Positions 1-11,720 are shown, numbered from the whole stretch's first letter. The stretch is DNA of 63,963 nt, filler included, from Octopus bimaculoides (GCF_001194135.2; 7 parts of 7 records of this genome joined end to end with filler, not necessarily neighbours in it); one strand, 5' to 3'. Notes: generated by a model from the letters alone, not told the origin. A program made the numbers and translations.

Positions 1-200
1 TTATTATGATTGACCGTTGACTGAACACTATTCAATTTTTTTTCTCCGTGTTTTTCTCCTTGTCTCCGTATTCTTTCTGTTGAAGAGCGTAGCTCGAAAC
101 GTCAAAGACTTTCCGTATTCCCGAGCGTCATACTAATATATCCTTTTGTTATTTACACCACCTGTCCTCGTCTGTTGTTATTATTTGTATATTCTCCCTT
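1..200 (+). mobile_element. Penelope-like element terminal (pLTR/3') fragment
   Basis: Contains ctgttgaagagcgtagctcgaaacgtcaaagactttc followed by a T-rich tail; cccgagcgtc from this stretch recurs near 54680 and the core recurs on - near 17000. Family assignment is from recognition of typical PLE ends. Confidence 0.5.
72..108 (+). ncRNA. Minimal hammerhead-ribozyme-like motif (PLE type, variant core)
   Basis: Stem I tcttt(72-76)/aaaga(104-108); core CUGUUGA plus extra A; stem II GAGC-gua-GCUC; GAA; palindromic ACGU as stem III; GUC cleavage triplet at 101-103. Confidence 0.5.
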
Positions 201-508
201 ATATATATATATATATATATATAATCGTCACTGCGCTGCACAAGTGCAATGTGTGTCAACGGTCGGATGTCGACGTTATTACAGAACAATGTGAAATGAA
301 GTGGTTTGTTTGTAACACAATGTACAGTTCGTTTCAGGAAATGAAATCGAAGCGATGATCTTTCAAACATTAGAGCAACACCCTGAATTCCAGGCCACAC
401 ACATACATCTAATCATACATGCATACATACATACACACACACACATATATATACATACAATTTATATAGATACACACATGCACACACATTCATACGTACG
501 TACATACA

Positions 509-541
<33 letters not shown>

Positions 542-543
542 CT

Positions 544-727
544 GTATGGTAAGAATCTTGCTTCCCAACGACTTGGTTCCGGATTCAAGACCATTACATG
601 GCACCTTGGCAGCTGTCTTCTATCATAGCTCTGAGCCAACCAAACCTTGTGAGTGGATTCGGTTGACGGAAACTGAAAGAAGCCTGTCGTATATGTATGT
701 GTGTGTGTGTGTGTGCGTGCGTGCGCG
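544..727 (+). mobile_element. tRNA-derived SINE, 5' half running into (TG)n
   Basis: Matches other copies in the window (ccttgtgagtggatt...gacggaaactgaaagaagcc.gtcgtata). Confidence 0.8.
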
Positions 728-737
728 NNNNNNNNNN

Positions 738-1188
738 TTTCTGGGTACAGGACGTTGCAAAAGAACGTGGACAAAATGATAAACAGAGTACAGAAAACAC
801 ATAGGTCACATAGATAACATTTCCTTCATCAGCTGCCACCATTCTAAAACTAAGCGTTTCGAAGAGGTAGGGCAGGGCGCATTGTTAGAATGGCTCTTCC
901 CACGGACCACAGATTAGATTTGTACCGTGGAGGAATGTAGTGGTAGACAGGAAACAAGACAAGCAAACGAAGCAGTGAAAATAAACAAGAAAGGCTATAC
1001 GGCCAGACGTGAAAAAATGTGTATACTGGACGCTGTGAAGCAATGAACTGGAAGGAAGAGAGACGGAGAACAGTTCGTGCGAGCTTGGTGAGGGCCAAGA
1101 TAAGAAAGGAAGTAGTAGCCGGACACATGTGACCAGCGAGGGGTAAGGAGGAAGAGTGGTAGAGGGAGAAAGATTGCGAGTAGGTTTT

Positions 1189-1190
<2 letters not shown>
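738..1190 (-). mobile_element. Penelope-like element terminal remnant
   Basis: Minus strand has gaagag...ctcttcgaaacgc...gcagctgatgaagg; its distal part (gcaa.gtcctg.acccaga) recurs on + near 40020. Confidence 0.5.
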
Positions 1191-1256
<66 letters not shown>

Positions 1257-1300
1257 ATATATGTATATATATATGTACACACACACACACACATATATAT

Positions 1301-1462
1301 GGGTGCAGAAGTAGCTGTGTGGTAAGACGTTTGCTTCCGCATGGTTCCGGGTTTGACCCCACTGCGTGGAACCTTGGGCAAGTGTCTCCTACTTTTGCCT
1401 CGGGCCGACCAAATCCTTGTGAGTGGATTTGGTAGACAGAAACTGAAATAAGCCCGTCGTAT
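1301..1462 (+). mobile_element. tRNA-derived SINE, 5' half
   Basis: tRNA-like head gtagctgtgtggtaag...ggttccgggtttgacccc, then ccttgggcaagtgtctcctact (CORE-like). Confidence 0.85.
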
Positions 1463-2663
1463 ATATATATATATATATAATTGTGATTCAGTTGAATTAG
1501 GTATTTACGTTGAAGCACCAAGTACGTCCGGTATTATCTGCACAGCTTTAAGTAAGGTGAATAAAATCAAAATAAGCCACAAGATATCAAGAAGTGATGT
1601 AGTACGACCGTTTCAAGCGGCTCCATTTAACTGAACAATGCAATCATTACAGTAATTTAAATGCAAGGCTATTATCAGCTGCACAAATAAATAGAATTTT
1701 AATCAGTTGGACTCATTAATATAATTTTTATCAAATATTTTAACAGAGCAAGAAGGCAGGATACGATTATGAAATTACTTGTCTTAATCCTGAAAATATA
1801 ATACCCATTAATAGTAGAAATAATGAGATTTTAAGTGAGAGGGGGAATACAGGCTTACTTGGTCGGGAAAACAGACCTACTATGAAAGCATCCAACAAAC
1901 CCATCAATTTAAATAAAAAGATAAGCAACAATAAAAATTAGATGCTGTAACCAGTAGGAATACTAGTTTAGGTAATAAAGGTAGTGAGGCGACAGGGCGG
2001 ATTATGCCACCCTCTAATGAAAAGAAAAACACTCGTAACATAGCCATACCTAATAATCAAGTCGCAATTTTGGGAGGCGTTGAAAGAGCGGGTAGATTCT
2101 GCCCTTACATACGTAAGAGGTTTGAAAATAATGATTTGATCTAATATAATGTCCCCTTCAACTGTGCCATATCCACAAACGTATATAAGAAATTTATGGC
2201 AGTTTTAGAAAAAATTTCCCTGCTTTCCATAGATATAACAGAAATTTTTCCTGTAAGTCAGAATCTCGTATTCTACCCTCCTCAATATGGGTACCATCAA
2301 ATAGAAAGAATATAAAATCGGCATGAGGGGATAATAATAGTATTACTGTCAACACTAGCTTAAACCCCTACAATGAAAATTATATTAATGGTGATGTAGG
2401 AATTAGAAACAACAGTATTAACACATCTAATATGTACAGTATAGGCTATGACTCTGAAGTTTATACTAGCATAGAGAGTTTATACTAGCACACAGATATG
2501 CGCGCATGTGTGCACATAGATAAATATGTGTGTGTATCTGTACACATCTTTATTTTTTCCGATTCTTAGCTTATATATATATATATATATATATATTTAT
2601 AAATTTTTCCCTTATGAGGTTTTTTCACGCTAACTACTTGATAGATTCTTATAAAGATTTTAT

Positions 2664-2706
<43 letters not shown>

Positions 2707-2718
2707 TTATGTATATGT

Positions 2719-2930
2719 ATTTGTGTGTCTTTGTTTGTCCCCTACCATCGCTTGACAACCGATGTTGGTGTGTTTACATCCCCGTAACTTAGCGGTTCGG
2801 CACAAGGGAACGATAGCATAAGTACTAGGCTTACAAAGAATAAGTCCTGGCGTCGATTTGTTCGACTAAATGTGGTGCTCTAGCATGACCGCAGTCAAAT
2901 GACTGAAACAAGTAATAGAATAAAAGAATT
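2719..2930 (+). mobile_element. SINE 3' half
   Basis: cgcttgacaaccgatgttggtgtgtttac...gactgaaacaagtaatagaataaaaga, same as the 3' half of the 55655-56020 copy. Confidence 0.85.
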
Positions 2931-3669
2931 GAAGAACATATATACATAGACACACACACACATATACATATGTGTGTGTGTATGTAAATGTATGTATGTA
3001 TGTACAATTATGTATGTATGTATGTATGTATGTATGTATGTTTGTACAATTAGTAGAAACATTTTCAAGCGACGAGATAAGTAAGTTAATACCCATGACC
3101 CGAAGTCTTCAGTAAATCTGCATCGTAGCGTCTCTGTGAAAGTAAACACACCGTGATTAAATCACATGTTTTTCTCTCGACGTTCAGAAAAGAGGTCGAC
3201 TCGAATTGTTTAAGCATTAATTTTAACCACATGAGAAATCATGAACTCATTCCACTTCACGGGGAGAATAGTAGTTTGTAGCTATTTTTAAACGGCGGAG
3301 CTAAGACGTGTCTTTTTGCTAAAAATACTTGCTCGTAAGTTTACTTTACGTTTTTGCTTAACGACGTGGAGTGCTATTTATTGACTTATTTACATTACTA
3401 ACGCTTGTGCTAATATAAAAACTCAGCAGAATAATGTAGTTCTGTTCGATTTCGTTCTGTTATAAATAGTTAGGAGCTAATATTCCGTCTGTGGACAGAA
3501 ATGAGTAAGCAACCTCTGATGAGATTTTAGTAAATACTGAAACTAAGTAAATCTATTTGCTTTCTCACTACAAGCATCAACACCCGTGGTTTAGCGACAG
3601 TGTGTACTATATTACACATCGATTATTCGTGTATGTATGTATGTATGTATGTATGTATGTATGTATTTA

Positions 3670-4124
3670 AGGATTTAAGGACTGTGTCAAGTCCTCATTA
3701 AAGGCCTGTGATATGCAGGACACTGACTGGGAGAACAATGCCTGTCATCGCCACGGATGGAGGAAGCAGGTTAAGGAGGGTATCGACACTTTTGAGAGAG
3801 CACGTATTCTGGATGAAGAACTTAAGCGAGCTGCGCGAAAGCTCACGGCTCGTATAGTGAATGGGGAAAGCTTGGTCTGCAATGTTTGCAGTCGTGTATG
3901 CTTGTCAAGAGTAGGGCTCATTAGCCACCAACGGAGCCGCAAATGCAAAATATAAGTTAGTCTTAGAGCGCGCAATGTTTGCAGTCGTGTATGCTTGTCA
4001 AGAGCAGGGCTCATTAGCCACCAACGGAACCGCAAATGCAAAATATAAGTTAGTCTTAGAGCGCACAATGTTCCTGAAGGTCGGCAATGGTCTTCCTCTG
4101 TCACGAGTGGACGGCCATCATCAT
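3670..4124 (+). mobile_element. RTE-clade LINE 3' remnant
   Basis: Translates to WRKQVKEGIDTFE...CNVCSRVCLSRVGLISHQR, the C-terminal CxxC-H finger typical of RTE ORF2; ends ggacggccatcatcat; flanked both sides by (TATG)n. Confidence 0.75.
3879..4064. repeat. 93-bp tandem duplication inside the RTE remnant
   Basis: gcaatgtttgcagtcgtg... starts at 3879 and 3972; a third partial start at 4065. Confidence 0.95.
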
Positions 4125-4456
4125 GTATGTATGTATGAATGTATGTATGTATGTATGTATGTATGTATGTATGTATGTATGTATGCGAGTATGTATGTAT
4201 GTATGTGTGTATGTATGTATGTATGTGTGTGTGTGTGTNNNNNNNNNNNNNNNNNNNNNNNNNNNNNNNNNNNNNNNNNNNNNNNNNNNNNNNNNNNNNN
4301 NNNNNNNNNNNNNNNNNNNNNNNNNNNNNNNNNNNNNNNNNNNNNNNNNNNNATGTATGTATGTATGTATGTATGTATGTATGTATGTATGTATGCGAGT
4401 ATGTATGTATGTATGTGTGTATGTATGTATGTATGTATGTATGTGTGTGTGTGTGT

Positions 4457-4640
4457 ATTCTTTTATTCTTTTATTTGTTTGTCATTTAACTGCGGCCATG
4501 CTGGAGCACCGCCTTTAGTCGAACAAATCGACCCCAAGACTTATTCTTTGTAAGATTTGTACTTACTCTATCGGTCTATTTGGCCGAACCGTTAAGTCAC
4601 GGGGACGTAAACACACCAACATCGGCTGTCACGTGATGAT
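4457..4640 (-). mobile_element. SINE 3' half
   Basis: Reverse complement of 2719-2930. Confidence 0.85.
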
Positions 4641-4717
4641 GGGGTGGACAAACACAGCCACACAAATATACACACACACACGCACACACACACACACACA
4701 CACACGCACACACACAC

Positions 4718-4759
<42 letters not shown>

Positions 4760-5517
4760 AACACNNNNNNNNNNNNNNNNNNNNNNNNNNNNNNNNNNNN
4801 NNNNNNNNNNNNNNNNNNNNNNNNNNNNNNNNNNNNNNNNNNNNNNNNNNNNNNNNNNNNNNNNNNNNNNNNNNNNNNNNNNNNNNNNNNNNNNNNNNNN
4901 NNNNNNNNNNNNNNNNNNNNNNNNNNNNNNNNNNNNNNNNNNNNNNNNNNNNNNNNNNNNNNNNNNNNNNNNNNNNNNNNNNNNNNNNNNNNNNNNNNNN
5001 NNNNNNNNNNNNNNNNNNNNNNNNNNNNNNNNNNNNNNNNNNNNNNNNNNNNNNNNNNNNNNNNNNNNNNNNNNNNNNNNNNNNNNNNNNNNNNNNNNNN
5101 NNCACACACACACACACTCGCATACTTGAGCATGCTCCGTTGGGCTATCTCGTACGACCGTGTTTTTTCAACCATGAATTTCGTTCCGTTTCTTTTTGTA
5201 CAACAACTTTGAGACCGTTTATCAATTCGTGTTGCAAAGATTCCTGTTTCGGAGAGAGAACGTATTATATTTACCATTCTGTCTACGGTGAACTTCGGTG
5301 TTAGTCGGAGGAAGCACTGTTCTTCCGAGACGATTGTTGCATCTGCAGAATTCTGCCGTTAGTGAGGTGTCTGCCATATATTTCCCGTCGGTCTCATCCG
5401 GTATCTCCGTTTTTCTTCCTGCTTTGTTTTACATTGTTTTGTATACTTCATCCATTTGAATTTCTTGTTGAAGTGTTTCTCGCATTTGAGTCTGACATCA
5501 AAATGTGACGTTTGCAG

Positions 5518-5623
5518 GTCTCTGGTATCAAAGATCCCAGGTCTTATTTTTCTATTCAGCTACGTCCGCTGATTGCTGAATTTGATTCTCCGTTTGAGTC
5601 AGAAGCAGTGAAATATTTTAAAG
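5518..5623 (+). other. Candidate host-gene exon (UTR or coding: VSGIKDPRSYFSIQLRPLIAEFDSPFESEAVKYFK)
   Basis: Acceptor tttgcag|5518 or ttttctattcag|5560 (42 nt apart, same frame); donor aag|gtaaga at 5623/5624 followed by a T-rich intron-like tract. Confidence 0.4.
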
Positions 5624-5764
5624 GTAAGAAATAGTTTTTTTTTGTTTTAAGTTAGTCTTGTTTATTTATTTATTTATTTATAATTATATATTTTTTTTAC
5701 CGAAATATTACCTGAGCTGAAATCAAAATGACTTCAAGAGAACATTCCTGAAGAAATAATTCTT

Positions 5765-5968
5765 TCTCGGATGGGCACAAAGCCTGAAATTTTGGGGGAG
5801 TGACTGGTCGATTACAGTGTTTAACTGGTACTTATTTTATCGACGACCCCGAAATGGATGAAAAGGAAAGTCTACCTCGAGCAATTTGGACTCAAAACAT
5901 AAAGACAGACGAAATACTACTAAGCATTTTGTCCGTCGCGCTAACAATTCTTCCAGTTAGCTGCCTTA
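5765..5968 (-). mobile_element. Second SINE family (ggcggcgagctggcaga... type), diverged
   Basis: Reverse complement of the 51981-52210 copy. Confidence 0.7.
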
Positions 5969-7204
5969 ATTCTGTAGAAAGAGATCAATTCTAAAAGAAA
6001 AAGTGGCGTCAGTTCAAATTATCTTAGTGTAGAGTATGGATTGGTCAAATCTATGGACTGTTTCGTTTCGAAATTAAAGGATGAGCTAAAAAGTGTATCG
6101 ATGACCAAAGGTATAAACTGGATTATAATAATATTCATGCCTTGTATACCAATGAAATAGAAAATAATTATTTGTTTGAATCCAAAAGAAATAGTTAGCT
6201 AGTAGTTTAGTGAGTGAATAATTCTTTTTGTGAAAAAGGTAGGTCTCTTTGTGAGTACCTTGAGAAGCATGTTTCTAGTTCTGATGCTGTCAGTAATGCA
6301 AAATCTGTGGAACCAGGGTTTGCTTGGATCATTATCTATTTCCTGTCTCCTAATATTACGCCCTTTGACAAAGCCCATAGATAATAAAGAATGTGTATAC
6401 AAAGCATCTGTTTAGGACTAAGTAAGTGACTTCTTCATGTAATATGCAAAGAGTTTCGAAAGAATCACTTGCATTGTATAGCAAAATCTTAGGGAAAACT
6501 TTCTTCTAGATTCTTGGTCTCTTCTTGGGAGATAGTGCAGCTTAATGCTGTATATTTAAGGAACTTTGAAACCTTTGAGACGAAGTTTATAATTAAAGAA
6601 ATTGTGTGAACGAAGAGGACGTGAATGACTTGGTTTAGAAGCATAGAAGAGAACTGAAGGAGTTTCATAGCAAAGAAACTTAATCCTTATAACAATGACT
6701 GGATTCTGAGGTGAGACCAAAATATATAAAGAAGAGCTATATCAGAAGAGCTGAAGAAGTTATTTTTCTGTTTCTGGCATGTTCTCACAGACTATTGGCT
6801 ATTAGAAGACATTTTCACAATATAAAAATCCCTTGGACAGTCATCATTCTGTATGCAAACACTAAAAACTTTCATTTCACTCGATTCCTAATCTACTAGC
6901 TTTCTACGAAGAAAGGAAAAGAAAATTATTCAATGAATTTCATCCAGACCAATTATTTCCAATTATTAATGAAATGTTTCACTTCATAAAATAATTAATT
7001 AAAGCTGCAGGTCATGTCATGCGGATGATTTCTAAAAAGAATGAAATAGTGCTGTACATGATATGAAATCAGCATGTCGCGCTCATATGGTTGTGGCACA
7101 TGTGCTTTGCGTACCTTTATCAGCCGTGTAGTCATATTGGGTATATTGGGCTTCGTATATTTGTACCCCAGTGTCACTTTGATGGCATGCACTGCTCTCT
7201 CACA

Positions 7205-7289
<85 letters not shown>

Positions 7290-7632
7290 AATGACAATGT
7301 TTCTCTAAAAGAAACAGGGAAACTTTCCAAATAAAAAGATCTGGAAATAGAGGTAACTCGAATGTAGGACCTAAAAACAGAAACAATTCCTAACATAGTA
7401 GGCGCATTAGTTATGATAAAAAAACATTCGGACAAATGCATAACAAAAATACTAGGACTTACAAGTATATATAACTTACAGAAAATAGCACTACTAGGCA
7501 CCGCACTCATCCTATGTAAAACACTTTCAATACAGTGAAAATAAGAGCACTACAACAAACCACAGCACATACCCAAAGCATACAGAGCTGCGCTCGGTAG
7601 TGCAGTGAAAGCACGTGGTAAAAATAAGACTA

Positions 7633-7700
<68 letters not shown>
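7290..7700 (+). mobile_element. R4/Dong-like RLE non-LTR retrotransposon 3' end with (TAA)n tail
   Basis: Frames read NVSLKETGKLSK*KDLEIEVTRM*DLKTETIP.IVGALVMIKK...LQKIALLGTALILCKTLSI (RLE domain C-terminus). Confidence 0.8.
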
Positions 7701-8324
7701 CAACAACTCAGAGAGTGCAAACCTCCGCCAAAGCAACACCAACGTCTTCTCAACGATTAGCCGGAGATGATTTTTAAAATGAGAATATCTGAAATAAACT
7801 CAACTGCTTTCACAAACGAGAATTCTAAAAATGAACCTAACCGCTCTTAAAAATTAATTTAAAAAATCCGGAAAAATAATCCAGAATCCTTGTCCGGTAC
7901 CTGACCGACCCCAATGGTAGTCATGGAATGTGAAGGTGGCTATAGAAAATTTAGTGACTGTAATAAATAGTTTATCCTTATCTAATACAAGCCAAAGTTA
8001 ACAAATTCACCATTCAAAATAATTTCAGTAATTTTTGAATGAATAGCATCAGACCTTTTGGTTTTCACTTCTCTTAAATTCCAGCCTTCCTTTAGTATTT
8101 CTGTTGTTTTAGATCGATGTGGAGATGCATGTATATATGTAAGTATACTGTAAAGTGTTAATATGTATGTATAATATATCTATATCTATATATCTATATC
8201 TATATCTATATATCTATATCTATATCTATACCCAAGGTGCCACGCAGTAGGACTGAACCCGGAACTATGTATGTATAATATCTATGTATGTATGTATAAT
8301 ATCTATCTATATATATAAAGCACA

Positions 8325-8480
8325 AGATATGTGTATGTCTGTGTTTGTCATGTAGTTAAAACTCGAGATCCATCCAACCAATTTTAATGAAATTTTATAC
8401 ATGCATTACATAGGATCATGAGCCCCCAAAATTTTTTAACTTCTTGCCTAATGCAGGCCCAGGGGCAGGTAAACTGCATT
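8325..8480 (+). mobile_element. Possible Helentron/HINE-like non-autonomous fragment
   Basis: gtgtatgtctgtg...aaaactcgaga...aaccaattttaatgaaattttatac resembles HINE-type internal motifs; recognition only. Confidence 0.3.
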
Positions 8481-9089
8481 TTAAAAGCATTTTCGCATTT
8501 TAAAAGCATTTTCGTAACTTGAGGTGTATCCAGTCGCTCTTCTCCAAATTTGCAATAAACATTAATAAGGCTCCTCGAATTGCTGTTGACTAAAAATAAA
8601 ATTTCTGACGCTAACTATGGGCACCCCCAAAATGCAGATTAATCAGATTTGAGTATACTGCACTGGGTTTTATCTTTGTTTTAGGCCATTTTCCGACGAT
8701 AAAATATTGACACTACTTATGCATTATAAGTAGCGTATAATATTTCATGAAAACCTTCTTGTCCAATTTGGCAGAGGAAATGATAAGAACATTAAAATTT
8801 TTGTCGGCGCCTTGTTGATGCTTCATGTTACCATCCCGCGCAGAAGTGCCCTGTTGATGTTTCACGTTTCCAATCCTACGCAACGCAGCATGACCCGGCA
8901 GCGTGTCTGCTTTCTATGTCATCCATGTCTGAACTATATAATACAAAATGTTAATACAAAAAACAAACTGCTGTTGTGACTCACAGCCATTTGAGTTTGA
9001 CCACGTGACCAATTCCGGAAGCTACGCTCACCACCTGCAATTAGTCCAAGCCCCCTGTGTTCCCTCTTCTGTTTAGTCGGACATGTAAA

Positions 9090-9560
9090 TACAGGATGTC
9101 CCAGAATTAATGATGATTTGAGTGAAATCGGATGCATTTTTTAAAAACCCATTTTTATTTACGTTTATCATGTTTAATATGTGTTAAAAGTCTATAAATT
9201 TTGAATTTTGTTTATAAATTTATTTTCATTCCTGTTGGACCTCTCTTATTTGTCCATGACAGCCTTTTTCAGTTTGGTAGTAACCATTTTCTTTACCTCC
9301 ATCCCCAAGACGAAGCAAACGTTTAGCTGAGCTTAAAGAACCCATTCAGTTAGCAGTGTAGGAGCTAAATCCTGAATTGCTTCAAAATGTATTTCACAAC
9401 GCTAAGGAGAGATTTGAAGTATGCAGCGATACAGACATGCTGAAAAATTTCAATAAAAGTTTGACGTAAGATTTATAAATCTATTTGTTTTGGTATTAAA
9501 CATAAAATTCTGTCAGTTTTTTTTTAAAGTTTGCTCAATTTCATTGAAACAGATAGTTAA
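9090..9560 (+). mobile_element. Tc1/mariner internally deleted remnant
   Basis: Starts tacaggatgtcccagaatt (Tc1-like terminus); later frame LAELKEPIQLAV*ELNPELLQNVFHNAKERFEVC resembles a transposase C-terminus. Confidence 0.55.
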
Positions 9561-9629
9561 TTCTAGAACACTCTGTTGTTAGTTGTTGCGTTGGTCGAAT
9601 AAATATTAAAATCAAAAATCTTCTCGCCG

Positions 9630-10145
9630 TAAACATCCCATCCACGTGCAGACACTGATCGCCTATACACGAAGAGAGCAAAAGGAGGAAGGAGACTGAT
9701 AAGTGTGGAAAACTGCGTGCATATCGAACTCGAGAGTTTAATGAAATACATAGCCCAAAGTAAGGAAACCTTAGTAGTGAGAGTTAGGAACGAGGGAGTA
9801 TTGAGAGAAGAAAAAAAGGGAGAACAAAGGAAGAAGTACAAAAAGGACATGAAGAAGAATTACACAAGAAGAGACTATACAATCAGTTCCATGCAGCCAC
9901 AACAGAAGTTGCTGGAAAAATAGGTGGGATTGACTGATGAAAGGAACCCGAAAAAAAGAAACCGAAAGCACTATACCGACAGCGCAGGATCAAGCTTTGA
10001 CCACGAACTGGAGGGTCAACCTTTGGAATGAGCAAGTATCTCTGCTGTGCCGCATCTGCAATAGAGTGGATGAAACCATTGCCCATATCACGAATCCCAA
10101 TCCAAACAGATCAGGTGCTAGAGCATAACAGACCGGACCAATTAA
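9630..10145 (+). mobile_element. R4/Dong-like non-LTR remnant (post-RT, CCHC finger, RLE start)
   Basis: HPRADTDRLYTKRAKGGRRLISVENCV; KKETESTIPTAQDQALTTNW...CRICNRVDETIAHI; IQTDQVLEHNRPD. Confidence 0.85.
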
Positions 10146-10449
10146 TAACAGCAACTGGTAAGTGTAGTGTATTAACTGGTACGTCACACGTATTGAGAAG
10201 AGCATCGTCGCTGTGAATTTTCTTTCCTTTCTTGCTCTTTATTTTCTTTGTTTACTTTTGTTTTATATTTTTTTCTTTTCTCTCTCTGTCTTTCTTCTCC
10301 CGTTTTTTATCACATGACTTTGTAAATAAACAATCTGGTGTGATTATTTTAATGGCCTACAAATGTATACAGTACGTTTCTCTGCCCTAGGTATCAGGAA
10401 AGCACTCGGCAAGAAAAGGAAATAGGATTGAAAGATGATAATGAAAGTG

Positions 10450-10514
<65 letters not shown>

Positions 10515-10553
10515 GATAATAACAATAACAACAACAACAACAACAACAACAAC

Positions 10554-10604
<51 letters not shown>

Positions 10605-11229
10605 NNNNNNNNNNNNNNNNNNNNNNNNNNNNNNNNNNNNNNNNNNNNNNNNNNNNNNNNNNNNNNNNNNNNNNNNNNNNNNNNNNNNNNNNNNNNNNNN
10701 NNNNNNNNNNNNNNNNNNNNNNNNNNNNNNNNNNNNNNNNNNNNNNNNNNNNNNNNNNNNNNNNNNNNNNNNNNNNNNNNNNNNNNNNNNNNNNNNNNNN
10801 NNNNNNNNNNNNNNNNNNNNNNNNNNNNNNNNNNNNNNNNNNNNNNNNNNNNNNNNNNNNNNNNNNNNNNNNNNNNNNNNNNNNNNNNNNNNNNNNNNNN
10901 NNNNNNNNNNNNNNNNNNNNNNNNNNNNNNNNNNNNNNNNNNNNNNNNNNNNNNNNNNNNNNNNNNNNNNNNNNNNNNNNNNNNNNNNNNNNNNNNNNNN
11001 NNNNNNNNNNNNNNNNNNNNNNNNNNNNNNNNNNNNNNNNNNNNNNNNNNNNNNNNNNNNNNNNNNNNNNNNNNNNNNNNNNNNNNNNNNNNNNNNNNNN
11101 NNNNNNNNNNNNNNNNNNNNNNNNNNNNNNNNNNNNNNNNNNNNNNNNNNNNNNNNNNNNNNNNNNNNNNNNNNNNNNNNNNNNNNNNNNNNNNNNNNNN
11201 NNNNNNNNNNNNNNNNNNNNNNNNNNNNN

Positions 11230-11720
11230 CGAAGGACTCTGGTTGTAACAGCGAAACTGAAGCTGGGCCTTTAAGGGGAGGCCTCTCGCTCGGCAGTGGA
11301 TCAGCAATGATGCAGACTAACCAGAGCGGTCATCCTAATACAGCATCAGCAGATAATAGAGTAAGGAGGAGGAAGTGGATCGGCTAAGAAAACAGGATAG
11401 TGATACAGTGCTACTTAGAAAGTGAACCTAAAAGAAGGGGCCATAGAAAACGGATGTTAACATTTTGGGTAGAGAAGGGTATGTTTAAAGTGACTGACTA
11501 GAAATTGGTTGATCAAGCTAATGCTGTTAAGAGAAGAAAGTGGATGACAGAAGTGGAGGTAGAAGAGGTCACAAGAGAACTGGAAAAAAAAGACCAGGCA
11601 GTGAGAAAGACAAACAACATAAGAGATACAGCTCAAACCAACCTCGAAGAAAACATTAAGGTCAAGGAGACATTCTGTTGTGGAAGATGAGGCCTAACTT
11701 GAAATGGCTGAAGAACAGTC
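11230..11720 (+). mobile_element. R4/Dong-like non-LTR 5' region fragment
   Basis: RRKWIG*ENRIVIQCYLESEPKRRGHRKRMLTFWVEKGMF...LVDQANAVKRRKWMTEVEVEE, typical N-terminal block of this family. Confidence 0.7.

Noticed and set aside
10159-10390. Intron-like segment with gtaagt donor and ccctag acceptor
   Set aside because: Both flanks are R4/Dong-derived; no independent support.
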